64,000 nt of DNA from Eledone cirrhosa (lineage: Eukaryota). The stretch spans positions 183,024,001-183,088,000 of the forward strand of contig OZ024740.1 of NCBI GenBank assembly GCA_964016885.1. Reading direction: 5' to 3'. This document shows positions 45,418-59,040 of the stretch, in pieces. The number at the start of each line of letters is the position of its first letter. Position 1 is the stretch's first letter. A program made the position numbers and the translations under genes. The notes beneath the pieces were generated by a model that did not search any database, was not told the DNA's origin, and saw nothing but the letters and a program-made list of their open reading frames with translations.

Positions 45418-45420
<3 letters not shown>
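44655..45420. mobile_element. Retrozyme-like element: one ~527-nt monomer (minus strand) back-to-back with a partial plus-strand copy
   Basis: 44655-44774 is the reverse complement of 45181-45300; 45057-45181 is the reverse complement of 45296-45420; complete HHR at 44710-44791. Confidence 0.8.
44710..44791 (-). ncRNA. Type I hammerhead ribozyme with UUCG-capped extended stem II
   Basis: Stem I ACTTTC/GAAAGT; CTGATGA; stem II (c)GGGATG/CATTCC(a) enclosing CTTC-TTCG-GAAG; GAA-ACTAATTAGT-T (palindromic stem III, GUU site). Confidence 0.85.
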
Positions 45421-45453
<33 letters not shown>

Positions 45454-45464
45454 TATATATACAC

Positions 45465-45566
<102 letters not shown>

Positions 45567-46013
45567 ATATATATACATACATATATACATATATATATAC
45601 ATATTATTAAGTGTAATGGATTCTTTTTTTAAATTTTCTTTTGCAATATAAATACAGATGTGTTGGTATCTGTGTTTCATCATATATATTAGTTTATATA
45701 TACATACATATTTATATATACATACATACATATTTATATATACATATTTACATATTTATATATACATACATACATACATATATATATACATACATACATA
45801 TATATATATATATACATACATACATACATATATATATATATACATACATACATATATATATACGTACATACATATATATATATATATACATACATATATA
45901 TATGCGTACATACATATATATATATATACATACATATATATATGCGTACATACATATATATATATATATATACATACATATATATATATATACATACATA
46001 CATTTATATATAC

Positions 46014-46541
46014 ATGGTGGCTGCCATCTCGTTTTTGAGTACAGCCACTACTTTATATCCATGTAGGAAAACCCCTACTGATGCGCTAAATGAGTGTGAC
46101 TTTTTAGTCCAGCCAGAGACTTGAAAACTCTGGTACAAACACTACACTTGTGACAATTACTGACACATAATGCTGGGCCCATGGTACCCTGTGATGACAA
46201 GTGCAAAGAGATCTCCAGATATAAAGCAATGCCTGTGCCGTGAAGCTTTTATAGTGAGCAAAGGCACTGCACAAAGCCAGTCCCACTCTCTTAACCAAGA
46301 TGATATTTACCAAAAAGAAGAACAAGTCAACATCATTGGATACCATCAGGTTTGCAGGTGTTATATCAGAGTTTTCCTTCTCCTAGACTTCTGCCTTGAC
46401 AAAGGCTAAGGGTTAATCTCTCCCGGTGATTTTGGATGGCCATTGACTCTTAAGAGCTCCTTTGCCCTTTGACAGGTTTTGTTTTTAGTCCTGCAGGATG
46501 TTGAAAGTGACCCTCCTCACCAAGAAACCTTGGTGGGGTTG
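46014..46541 (-). mobile_element. Non-autonomous RTE derivative
   Basis: Reverse complement of 10117-10643. Confidence 0.85.
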
Positions 46542-46880
46542 CACATACATACATACCTACATATATACATACCTACATATATACTTACATATATACATAC
46601 ATACCTATATACACACATACATACCTACATATACACATACATACACACATACATACCTACATACACACATAACTACATACCAACATACACACATACATAC
46701 CTACATATATACATACATACACACATACCTAGATATATACATACATACACACATACATACCTACATATATACATACATACCTACACATACCTACATACAT
46801 ACATACACATAACTACATATATACATACATACCTACATACACACCTACATATATACATACCTACCTACACACATGCATAC
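46541..46880. repeat. (ACAT/ACCT)n microsatellite
   Basis: Degenerate tetranucleotide array. Confidence 0.9.
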
Positions 46881-47317
46881 ACAGACAAAAAGGTGCAAAC
46901 TGTTTAAATTCCAGTTCACCCACACCATCTCAACCCACCCCCATCACCCCCATTCCAGACCTCCAACAACATTTCAATATTTCAACTTCTCTTTGGAGGT
47001 GGAAGGTTGCTCCAGCTTGGTCTCATACTATATTGTTACTTTTGGATGTCTTTTTGACATTTTCTTTGTTTTTCCTTTGTGATGTTCTGCTGATAACGAT
47101 GATGGTGCTTGCTTCCGTTTCTTATCTTTCCCGCCCGTCGTTGCTAATGTCATCCCTGGTACCTTGTTGTCATTGACGACATCTCCTTCATCACTGCTAG
47201 AGTTGTAATCACTCAACCGAAGATCCTCAAGATCTTCAATGTCACTCTCTTCAAATTCATTGTAAGGAACATACTTATATATACATACATATATATATAT
47301 ATATACATATATATATA

Positions 47318-47848
47318 TCATCATCATCACCGTTTTATGTCCATTCTTCCATGGGTTAGACGGGTTGTCCTGTTGTGGTCATTACCCGGTCACGTGACTT
47401 TGTCTTGCTCATATGGGAACTGTTTCTCGCTTGATTTTTACAGTTGGATTCCCTTCCTAACACCAACCTCTTTTACAGTGTGGTTTGGATGCTTTTTTGT
47501 CGTGACACCTACACAACCACTTTGCAGTGGGACGGTGTTGGGGCATATTGACTATATGCTTCAGCTATGGCTTGTACCCGTGGGACGTCGGGTGTTCTGT
47601 ACTACTGTGTAACGCCAGAGGTCACGGTCCTGTGACATTGCCATTGAGAGGTGTAATTGCGTAAGGTCGGCTTTTACCGCCTCATCCCACGTCTTCTGGG
47701 GTCTCCATACTACACGACTCCCATCGACTTCTAGTGCTCTGGACCTTTTTATGCAGCTGTCATCCTACATATGCATCACATGTCCATACCAACGCAAACT
47801 CCTCTCTTGCAGACAGCATTTGATTCCTCTTATGCTCAGTCTCTCTCT

Positions 47849-47851
<3 letters not shown>
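47318..47851 (-). mobile_element. RTE LINE 3' fragment
   Basis: Reverse complement matches the RTE C-terminus and 3'UTR; (CAT)n at left end. Confidence 0.88.
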
Positions 47852-47882
<31 letters not shown>

Positions 47883-47884
<2 letters not shown>

Positions 47885-48088
47885 CGGAGGAAATGTGGTA
47901 AGGAACCAGGTGGACCATAACGCACCAAAGTACACTCAATACTTAGGGTAGTAGAGTGGGTAATAGGAACGAGTAGGACCCTGACGGCTGAGTTCAAGCC
48001 GTTTCGACGGCTAATTCTGGACTACTGAGTCCAGAATTAGCCGTCGAAACGGCTTGAGCTCAGCCGTCGGGGTCCTACTCGTTCCTAT
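47883..48088 (-). mobile_element. PLE-type 3' end with a 61-bp-arm fold-back through hammerhead stem II
   Basis: Arms 47963-48023/48028-48088, loop ACTG; GAA-ACGGCT tgagctc AGCCGT-C-GGGGTCC. Confidence 0.75.
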
Positions 48089-48137
48089 ATATATATACGA
48101 TATTAATAAATGGAAACTAGATTTATAAAACCATATT

Positions 48138-48202
48138 TATTTCATTATACATATTTCAAGGATACCAAGTTAAATTATGGTATGCCTTCATCAGATAAAA
48201 TA
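48138..48202 (-). ncRNA. Minimal type I hammerhead (inverted copy of 49056-49120)
   Basis: TATTTTAT-CTGATGA-AGG-c-ATACCA..TGGTAT-c-CTT-GAA-ATATGTAT-A-ATGAAATA; lies in inverted repeat 48093-48228/49030-49165. Confidence 0.82.
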
Positions 48203-49055
48203 AAATATATATCAGTTTTACAAATAAGCATTGATCGCATATATGCATAATTTTAACAGCCATAAATGCATGAAAGTTAATCCTATATATTTATATATAT
48301 ATATATTGTGAATTTTTTATTTTATAACACAATGAATGTATAGCAGTAATAAAAAAATCACTTATGCTCTGTATGTATATATTATATGTGGGAGTAGATA
48401 TAATGTCTATTTTCTGAATGTATGTGTATATATGTATTTATGTATCTTTGCCTATGATAGGTAACCTCTATAGCAATATACATTTTGTGATGTTTAAATT
48501 CCAAATTTTAGTATATTGATCTCAATTTTTAAACTAAATATCTAATCATAATTAAACAATGATTAATTTCTCATATTATATACGTATATTCCATTCATGA
48601 ATATTAATATTTCTAATTTTATTTATTCGTTTCATCTCAATTGTTAACTCAACTTAATATGACATGACTTAAGGTTTTCGTTCTCTCCCCCTCTCTCTAT
48701 CTCTTATTTCTCTCTCTTGAGTTTTTTCTCTCTGTCTGATGGTTTGATATCTCTCTGTTGCTTTCCTCTGTTTTCTTATATTTTCCTTTATTCTTCTTTT
48801 CTTTCCTCTTTTTCTTTATTTATCTCTCCCTTTTTCTCCACGCTTTTCTCTCTCTCTCCGTTTTTTCTCCACGCTTTTCTCTCTCTTTCCGTCTTTTCTC
48901 CATGCTTTTCTCTCTCTCTCCGTCTTTTGTAATTGTCCTTAACACTAAGACTTACTAAAATAATATAAACAAACCACTATCCTGATGTCCTCCAAAAGTA
49001 ATGGTCGCATTTTGAAAGGATACGTCATACTTATTTGTAAAACTGATATATATTG

Positions 49056-49120
49056 TATTTTGTCTGATGAAGGCATACCATAATTTAACTTGGTATCCTT
49101 GAAATATGTATAATGAAATA
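49056..49120 (+). ncRNA. Minimal type I hammerhead, same family as 40291
   Basis: Intact CTGATGA and GAAA; stem II differs in sequence from the 40291 copy but still pairs. Confidence 0.82.
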
Positions 49121-49247
49121 AATATGGTTTTATAAATATAGTTTCCATTTATTAATATCGTATATCTACTCCAAATACTTGTCGAGTGCTTTATGTCAGT
49201 TATAAAAATATTTACTTGTTGTATCCCAACAATTTAAATAGAACTTT

Positions 49248-49295
<48 letters not shown>

Positions 49296-49742
49296 TATGC
49301 ATACATTCATATGCACACACATATACATATATGGCTACATCTCAGCTTCGAGAATTGCCATCCATTGACCTTTTTCTCATTTATGAGTGGCACAAAGAAG
49401 ACTTAGCCCTCCCAAGAATTTAGATTCCTTTCTGTATATGTTGCAACCGAAGAAGAAAGTAATGGCTATGCTCACACAACACACTTGAGAGTCATTTAGA
49501 TCAACTGATGCCTGCGTCTTAAGCTTTTTTTAAGTGAAGTACTGGACCACTCCGAATCCTTCAATTCTAGCACATGATACGGTTTCCTGTCTTCCATCAC
49601 TTGTGAAAACAGCCCCAAGATACTTGAACTTCTCCAGCTGCTTCAGTATAAATCCACTCACATGTAGAGTGCACAGTGCAGGCTTCATTTAGAGGGTGTA
49701 TGTCTCAGTCTACTCAATTAAATATTTTTATTACTATTATAT

Positions 49743-49940
49743 AGGCACGGTGGATTGGCAGTATCGGTAGAGGATCGGATGCTATGTTTTGCAGCATAGA
49801 GTTACGTCCCTTTACGATATGAGTTCAAATCTCGCCAATGGCTAACTTTACCTTTCGTCCTTACGGGGCCGATAAAATAAAGTACCAGTAATGCACATAG
49901 ATAATTGCTGGCCTTGTGCCAAAAGTAGAAACAAATATTA
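49743..49940 (+). mobile_element. tRNA-derived SINE (OK-like)
   Basis: Homologous to 5012-5205. Confidence 0.85.
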
Positions 49941-49943
49941 CTA

Positions 49944-49985
<42 letters not shown>

Positions 49986-50559
49986 TCATTACCATCATCG
50001 GAACCATTTTAGCATGCGTCAGATGAGTTGTCCTGTTCTGCAAAAAGTCAGATCATGTGACCATGTCTTGCTCATACAGAAATCTTTCTAGTTTGGATTC
50101 TACAGCTATATATATATATGTGTGTGTGTGTATACATATATGTTTCTTTCCACAATGTACACTATACATTAGATATTTGTAAATGTTAGATTTCTACAGG
50201 AACATGAAAAAACATCACCAAAATGTCTTACTTTCTCTAAACTTTATAAGATATAATTAGGTCACTTGGATACTAATAAATACAAAGTGAAGACATAAAA
50301 TAATGTAAATTATAATTGAATCAATTATAATTTTTCTTTTCTCACATTTTTTCCACTGAGTGCAGTTTGTTGATTTCTATATAATGTAGCTTGGAAATTC
50401 CTCCAATCAGTGCACCATTCCATCTGATATTGAATGTTTATATTTAGTTAGGCCTTGAAAGCCTTAATCAAATCTCATATAAGCACTTGAAAAGAAACTA
50501 GATGATGCATACACAACAATGATTATGTTTGTACAAAACAAACTGGTGTCAACATATTA

Positions 50560-50862
50560 CAAATGAAAGTTTATATGGAAACTTGCCCAAGATAAAAACT
50601 ACAATTGCATAAATACATTTACGATTTGAGGGCACATTGCTGGAGAAGTAAGCAGGAAATTATACACAAGCTACTATTGACTTCTCCAGAGAACCAACTC
50701 ATGGCAGATGCAATAGAAAAAGATCTGCTCAAACTATCATCAATCAACTATTAGATGATACAAAGCTCAGTAGGGAATAGTTGCCAAGAGCAATAGAAAA
50801 TCATGAATTGTGGAGAGATTTTGTTAGGAATGTTTGACTGTGGTCACATTGATGATGACGAT
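50560..50862 (+). mobile_element. Old RTE-group LINE 3' remnant
   Basis: HCWRSKQE-like peptide; GATGATGACGAT tail. Confidence 0.55.
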
Positions 50863-53571
50863 AAAGAAATCAAATCTCTTCCTTAATTTACATTAAAGAC
50901 CTGTAAGCTGTTTTTTAATGACCTATTATTATTGTAGTGCCATAAACACTGCCTAATTCACTTAAATGTAGATGTTATAGCAATAACCAAATATGGGAAC
51001 AGGTATCATAGTGAGATTTAAGATGTGCCCCTCACAATTATGTAATTCTGAGCTCAAAGTCACTGCACCTTCTACAATAGCCTCAGGTGAAACCAAGCAT
51101 TTTGAGTAAATTTAGGTAGGAGAAATCTGTGCAGAGGTGCATGTGTTCTTGGTGGCAGACATTATCTGCTGTCCTGTTTAACATCATTTCCAAGCCCTTG
51201 GAGCATATTTCACTATGTTGAAAACATTTGAACTAGGTCTTCAATCTGAGAACAACTTGATATTTTGATATGATGTTTTATACTGCAAACACATCGTCCT
51301 ACAATTGGTACTTTAGTAATTAATTATTAATATAAGATATTTTGATGAAACAAATCTGATACACTTATTTCCAAATATTAGTAAACCAACTTCTTTGTTC
51401 AGATGGCATCTTTTAACACTTGATTGAACAAGGAGAATCTCCTACCACCTGGTGCCACCCAAAGTTGCTTTCACTTGCAGTATTTAACAATGGAAGCAGA
51501 CTGAAGAACTGAACACTCTCCATTCCACTCCATTTCAATGTCTTCTGTTTCCTCAGGGAGGTCTCTAAATGTGGATGCAATAGTAATGTGTCAGCTTCAG
51601 CATTATATCATCAAAACAAGTAGGTGTAAAAGCCAAACTTGCTATCTTTAGTTTGGAATCCATGACAACCCTACTTATGATAATCAATCTTGCACAATGA
51701 GTAAAGTATATCGTAACAAACACAATCAGGTTGAAATGGGATTTGTCTGAAGGATCCTTAAAGTAATGTAACTCAGTAGAGTACATAGCTTGAAGATAAG
51801 AGAGTTCTTCCAAGAGGTATCAGCTCCAATAATATGGACATGTTAGAATGTCTAAGGAAAGAATCGCTGGACAGATTTTATGGGTAAAACCAACCACCAA
51901 GAAATTCATGGATAGATCCCAAGCAAGATGGTTTAATATCAATTATGAGCTGAATCGATTGGACAGTTTCTTCTGACAGAACCTACCAGAAGGCATGCTT
52001 GAGGACTCTTCCCTCACAACCCTCCCAGGAAGAAGAGAAGAAGAAAGTCTCAGATTTTATGTTATATTTTCATTACCCCTATCATTAACATATTTCTAAT
52101 AAAAAGAAAAAAAAATATCTTCTATGATTTTCAATTAATTTGGAAAACAATCAAGAATTTGGATGGATTTAGTAATTTGGTTGTGGCGCATAAAGGTTCT
52201 TAACTATATTTAAGAAGGAAATTTTAAAGATGAATATAAACGTTTTAAAACAGTGAGTATCATAGAACCAGATGAATATTTATCGAAAAGTTTAATGAAT
52301 AAATCAAAGAAGGAAGAGCTGTGCCCAATATCTTTATCAAGGTCTCTGAGGATGGTTGCAGAAAAGGAGAAAGTACTCTTCAGACTGGTCTGACTGAATG
52401 CAACCTACTGAAGTTACCTAAAATCCAGGCGTTGGTGTTAAACCGAGTGGCAGGAAGAATCTACTACACAACTGTAGGAATGTTTCCTCTATCAGACTTT
52501 CAGGAAGATTTTTGTCCATCAAATTTCAATCCTCCCAAAATAATAGAATGCACTTGTTCAAGGTATGCTAACCATTGCCTATTTATATTGAAAGAGGGTA
52601 GGAAAACAAGAGAAGAAATTTAAAATTATTGGTAATCAGTTATGACTCAATTGGCATGAAGCAGTTAGATAATATTATAACAGAACTATTCTGAAATGTT
52701 CTGAAATTCCACGAAGAACAAAGTAGAAAATTAGTGGCAAGAAATAAGGAGCAAAGTAAAAGGTGAACAAATTATGTTTTGATAACTGGGAACCAGCCAA
52801 ACTACACATCTTAAATACTAACATGATGGAGAATAAATGTACACATGTCAAATTTGTAAATTATCTAGCTGTTAGAAACAGTCAACTGAAACTTCAAGTT
52901 GAAAGTATCTATACATTTTGACATATGCAAACTTAAATATAATCAGACTGTCACTCAGTTTAAGACAGATACATTGAAGAAGCTTACAGAAAATAGTTGG
53001 TCACATAGTGTTGAAGACAGTTAGCAAGAACACACAACTAATAAGTAGAATAATATTAGTAGTAGATGCTGAGAAACATGCAAAGATTAAATGGCTCAAT
53101 GCATGAATCTGGAATTTGATACTATGAAAAATCAAAATCAAACAAGCACAATTATGGCTGTATGGTTAAGGAATTCACTTTGCAACCATGTACTGTTAGA
53201 TTCTATATCTTGCATAAAGACTTAACCAAGTGCCTTCTATAATCTTGAGGCAACCAAAAACTTATGGGTGAATTAGTATATAGAGTAGGAATGAAGCTTA
53301 TCTTATAATGTGTTGGATTCTATACCCTGCATAAAACCTTAGCCAAGGTCTTCTACTATTTATATATGTATTTTGTCAATGTTAACATCCATATAGAGGT
53401 AATAGAGCTACGGGAAGTAGATAGCATTCTTATAGTCGAGAAAAAAAAAGATTTACAGAGATAATTGAATATAAAAATAAAAATAAAAAATAAAATAAAA
53501 GAAAAGTTTTAAATAAAGAAAGCCTATAATTTTGAGTCAGCCAATGACTTGTGAGTGGTTTCATCATCATC

Positions 53572-54095
53572 ATTTTTATGTCCATTTTTCTATGCTTGCA
53601 TGAGTTGGACAGGTCCTTTACAGCAGCAGCCTTTCTCTACTTGCTGCATTCCTTCATCATCTCCTCTGTAAGTCTCAGCAATTTAAGATCAGCTTTCACC
53701 ACCTCCGGCCATGTCTTCTTTGGTCTACCTCTATGTGGCTTCCTTCTACTGGGATTTCCTGACACTTCTTCAACAAGCGATCCTCATCCAACCTCATCAC
53801 ATGTCCATACCAATGCAGTCTTCTCTCTTGCACACCACTTCAGATTCCTTTTAAACCCAGTTTCTCCCTCAGTTCATCCAAGCCCTGCCGTTCTCACACA
53901 TTTACATCGAACATCCAATGAAATATGGTTGCTTCATTTCTCTCCAGCCTATGCATATTATCTGCAGTCACTCTCCATGTTTCACTACCAAGTAACATCA
54001 CACTTTGCACAGAGGAATCATACAGTCATCCTTTAGTGTGTAGTGAGAAACGTTTTGTTGTCAACAGTGGGAGTAGCTCTCTAGCTTCTTCCATT
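53572..54095 (-). mobile_element. Old RTE 3' remnant
   Basis: Reverse complement gives LHWYGHVMR and GRPKKTW-like motifs; (CAT)n at left end. Confidence 0.75.
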
Positions 54096-56369
54096 TTAGG
54101 TAGATAGAATAGTAACGAAACCCATCATATAATATCTCTTTTCTTCAAATTTAATATTTCATACATTCATATTTGCTTACATTTAACAGATCCCACTGTT
54201 CAGTAATTAGATATTCAAATATACTAAAATAGAAGAGAATGTTGTCAGCGGGAAAGTTATTGAGCTATAGAATTCTACCTTAGAAGATATTTACCAATCC
54301 ATACATGGACATAGAACTAGTGACAGTTATCTAAAAGTCTAACAACTGTTCCAAGCCTGAAGGCTCATCAGGCTGGAGCTTATCCCAGTTTCTGTGGCCT
54401 TAAGCAAATGAGAGGACTAGACTCCTCCTTGAGCAGGATGCCAGTTCATCACAGATTTACACACCCAGCTACTGCTGGTATCCGTTTTCAGCTGAGTATA
54501 CTGGAGCAACAAGAAATGAAGTGTTTTGCTCAAGAACACAACTTAGTCCAAGAATCAAACCTATAACATTTTGATTGTAAGTTCTACACCCTTACCAATA
54601 GGCCATTTATGACAATCGACAAAATAGAAGTATCATATGAGTTGTCATAACAGGAAAAGACATTAGCTAAATTAGATAGTAAAAAAGAATATTCAATAAA
54701 AATCAGATGAGACTCAAATTTCGAAACTTAAGAACGTATCCACATCAACATTTAATAACAGCAGCACGTTGGATTTCATCACTCAAGAAATTCATATCAG
54801 AAACTACATCAAATACCCTGATGCTCTCAACATTTATGTAGAATTGCTCAAGTATAGTGCTTTATTCCTTAACACTGACTGTGTTATGTATGTATGAACC
54901 CATAACATCTTATGGAGTCATCGAGGCACTATATTGACATACAACATTTCTTGGGACATTTTAAAACCTGGCAGAGCACATATCTTCAGGGCTGAACACA
55001 CAGAGAAGGATAGACAATGCAAGTGAAGAAGTGAGAAAGAGATATAGAGGAAGAATCGACCCAAGTCCTAGACCGATACATTTTTATCAACCTCGAATGG
55101 ATGAAAGGCAAAGTTAACCTCGATGGACTTTTAATTCAGAGTGCAGAGAGCCAGAATGAATACCACAAAGCATTCTATTCAATGTTCTAATGGCTACACT
55201 GTATTATAATTCTCTATAAAACTTTAATTTAATAAATGAAAACAATAAACAACAATAGAAATGTGAAAATGTTCACACTTTCACTGAGAGTTTAACAGGT
55301 TTATTTGTTATTGATACAGAATGTATCTTTAAAGATTTCAATTTCACTAGAATATGGAATTTATTGTTTAGATCAGTGAATATTTGATTTGCCTTTGCTA
55401 ATAATATAGATTTAATTACAGAAAACTGCAAGTGATTGCAGAATATGACAGATAAGCTTAATGATGCAACAATAAAACCAAGATTGAAAAGATTGCTCCC
55501 AATCAAAAGCAAAAACCAAAGGCATACATATAACTTATAAAATGAGGCTCATTTATTTCAGCAGTTCAGTTCTATAAAGCTGTTGTAATTTATGAATCAA
55601 ATTTGTGGGTCATTATCTCAGGGTTCTTGTAGGTTATTGACTAAGAAAAAGATAGCTAGGTAGTTATCTTGGAGCTCAGAGCTGATAAGCAACTGCAAGC
55701 AAAGTCTAAAATCACACAGCAATCAACTATATTCAATTTAAAAATGTAAAATTTCCTCAAATGATGTGAAGTCTCCTGCAATCAATAAAATAGGCTTTGC
55801 AAACTAAGAATGAAGAAACCGGTAATGTTGATATTTATTGGGATTTTTTATTAGAGTAAAAAGTCATATCTGAAATTTTTATTTATCCATGGCATATTTG
55901 TCTATTAGATATAATTCCAATCAAGTAAAGTAACAGAGGTTTTTAATTTGGGGTGGCTAACTCCTGCTTGGATTGGGCATTCTTCGAGGAATAGAAATCA
56001 ATGATGTACCCCTTTTCTTCATAAGAATGTTAATGCTATATAAATAATACAAGACAATAGATAAACAAGAATTTTATTTTTAAAAACAGAAATTTGTCAA
56101 CAGCCTGGAATACTGCCATATGTAAAAATTATTTTATTTTTCTTCCCACTTTCAGACATTGGAGTGCAGCCATACAAGGTACAACCATTAAGGGTTTAGT
56201 AGGTCATATCAACTCTAGCACTTAGCTTTAAGCTGTCTACCTAATTTATTGATCTCTATTTATTGAACCAGCAGACACACGTGTATGATGGGTTTCTACA
56301 AAGAATACCTCTACCAACTTTCCCTCACAAAGCATGGGTGAAATTGTAGTTAGTGTTACGTGGTTGTAG

Positions 56370-57700
56370 CAAATGACTTCCACATGAATGAAATTTCTAA
56401 AGTCAACAATGGAGCATAATTTAGATATTGTATATGTTCAAGAACATAGTTTCATACATAAGGAACATATAACATATTATCAGCTTAACTCATAGTTCAC
56501 ACACGTTATATCAACAGCTTTAGTAAATAACTACAATGCTGCAGGTGGTGGGGATGATTTACTTGAAAATAAACAAGTACTTTCTTCATTATTAACGTTA
56601 GAAACTATTTCATCACACATAATGGTGGCTACTTTTACAGCAAATCCCAGAACTATCATAATATACTGCCACTCCACAATTAATCAATCACCTAAAAATG
56701 ATATCATTACTCTCTATGAAGATCTCCTAGATTTTTTAAGTCTTATTCCTTCACACAATGAAGATTGGCAATTTCAATACACAATTATATCTTGATAGGG
56801 TACAATATACCTATCACAAATTCAAAAACCACAATGGTGAACATTCTTTTAACTTTATAATATGTTTCAGTATATTGTCAGTAAACAATCACCTACAAAA
56901 GCCTAGTAGGAAACTTTAGATATGTTCTTGCCTAAATGGATCTAAAGGACAAGTTGATTACATATTGAATAGAAAGAAGTGGATCTGATCTGTTTGCAAT
57001 GCAGAAGCTTAAACAACGACATTTCAAACACTAACTTCTGAACCTAGAGCAGTTTCAGTAAACATTAAATATGTGCCAATGAAGAAATTATCTGATTGTG
57101 GAGCCATAAATTTCATGTTGTTAAGTAAATCAAAAAACCCTACAAAATTTGTATAGTTTCTCTGAACTCATGGACAGTATACCAGAAGTATCTGATAATC
57201 AAAAGAAATATGATAGCCCCATAAAATCATGCTTAGGGTTGGTAATTTCCTATTACAAAAATGAAAGGAAAAGAAATGGTTTAACTTGCACCTTTCCAAA
57301 CCCATAACACCGGCTAGAACAAATTTAGAGAGCATGCTAGAATCTGGTGACAGAATTATGATTCAAAATGCAAAATCAGAACAGATGATTGTATGCAAGA
57401 ATCCTATATCTTAACCATGGTACACATCATTGAAAATTCTTCTTACTAAGCTTGACATGCAGCTTTATGGAGAGCTATAGATGAATTTACTAGTAGAAGA
57501 GATACAATTCCAATGATTAAATTACAAGGAACTATGGTGGAGAGAAAAATCTTTGGAAAGAACATTTCAGCTCCCTTTTACAGAAACAACCAGAAGTACC
57601 TGGCACTGAATTTGGTATATCTCCATTAGTGGAACAACCATTACAAATTAATGAAGGCTTCTTTACTCTGCAAGTGTAAAGAGGGAGAGTAGTAGGAGTG
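56370..57700 (+). mobile_element. Highly degenerate RTE-group LINE endonuclease region
   Basis: MEHNLDIVYVQEH and QVDYILNRKKW remnants with many stops and frameshifts. Confidence 0.6.
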
Positions 57701-57718
57701 CATCTTATTCCTTTAGAG

Positions 57719-58560
57719 CAGTGTTTCTTAACCTGTTTCTATTGGGGTACCCTCTGAGATTTTAAAATGTCATTGCATTCCCTAGGTCTAGCGCATAAGA
57801 CAAAAGAACTTTAATGTTCAGGTCAAACTGTCAGCTACTTAGGCGCTAACATTAAATTAGTTGATTACTATGATTATTAAACAGAGATTTTAACAAACAA
57901 CAAAAAATATCCAATCAAAATATTTCAAGCTTTAATATGACTTCTCTTCTTGCTTCTTCTCAAATATTTTTTAAATATAAACTCCTTTTTTGCTGAGAGT
58001 AAAGTGCATGTCAAGTTGAACTTTGATGCAGTTTTAAAACTTGCTTTTCATATGAAAATAATTTGAAAATCCTGCTTCACAGAGCTAGGTTGTTGCATAT
58101 GGAACAATTATGTTAGTGCAATCTTGGAACTACTTGGTAATGCTGCAATTTGTGATGCCCAGAAATTCATCAATGTTTTCACTTCAAAAACCATTTTTGC
58201 AGCTTTATCCTGTTGTATGTCAATATTCCCTCTCAAAAGATCTTCATCAGGCATGTCCCTTAGCTGAAGGAGAAATAGATTCCTTATCCAATGGTCATAG
58301 CCTTCCAAATTTCCCACTAAGAAATACTCATCAAAGGCATTCAGCATCTGCTGAAGGTGCACCTGTATTGCTGTAGCAATATCTGGAAGTAGTAACTCTT
58401 CTTCCAACGATGGAAATCTGGCCATATTTCCCTATTCGGCATCTCTCATCCACAGTGGCATCTTATTTTTATAGAAAGTAAACTTTTCATGTAGAATAAC
58501 AATGTTTATATTACTTCCTTGGAGAGAAATATTCAATTCATTCAATCAAGTAAAGAAGTC
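57719..58560 (-). mobile_element. hAT (Charlie/Buster-like) DNA transposon 3' fragment
   Basis: Terminus CAGTGTTTCTTAACCT preceded by CTTTAGAG; ORF 58108-58425 (HL..F.EYF...WIRN.F...FW) followed by a degenerate P..T.YLCE.GFS motif. Confidence 0.82.
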
Positions 58561-58799
58561 AAGTAAGCCAACGTTTGCACAACTAACTCAGTTAGATAAA
58601 ATATAACAAACTGAGAGCTATACCAAGGCATGCTATAGCTGTCAGATACCATTAGGGAGAGAAGATTACACTTTTGTTTGGTCACCATCAGGTGGTAGGT
58701 GACACAGAGGAGCAGGAATGAAGATCTTTCCCAAAATGCTCGGAGAGGATACTTGTATGAGCTCCGATTTAGAAATCAAAGTCTTGATGGGTTTATAAC

Positions 58800-59035
58800 A
58801 CTTTACAAAACCACCTGCCTCTTTGAGGTCGAATACCAACCCTACTACCATCTACAAACTGACCAATGAGAATCAAGACTATTCCTGCTGACAACATTAA
58901 TTTATTCCTAACAAGCTCATATGTGCCAAGGCTCTGATACCATCAACACTATAAACACAGAGCTGGCATATCTAAGAACTGACTAACTCCCTAATGAGGT
59001 CATAACCATTCAATGGCTATCATCGAAATATATAT
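58800..59035 (+). mobile_element. Second copy of the 33.9-kb HHR element, ending in its TA stem III
   Basis: Homologous to the reverse complement of 33890-34125; CTAATGA (mutated)..GAAATATATA. Confidence 0.8.
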
Positions 59036-59040
59036 ATATA

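Noticed and set aside
50100-56300. Host gene exons in the less repetitive region (ORFs 52321-52623, 55273-55512, frame near 54706-54895)
   Set aside because: No recognisable domains or consistent splice structure. Small exons cannot be excluded without RNA-seq.
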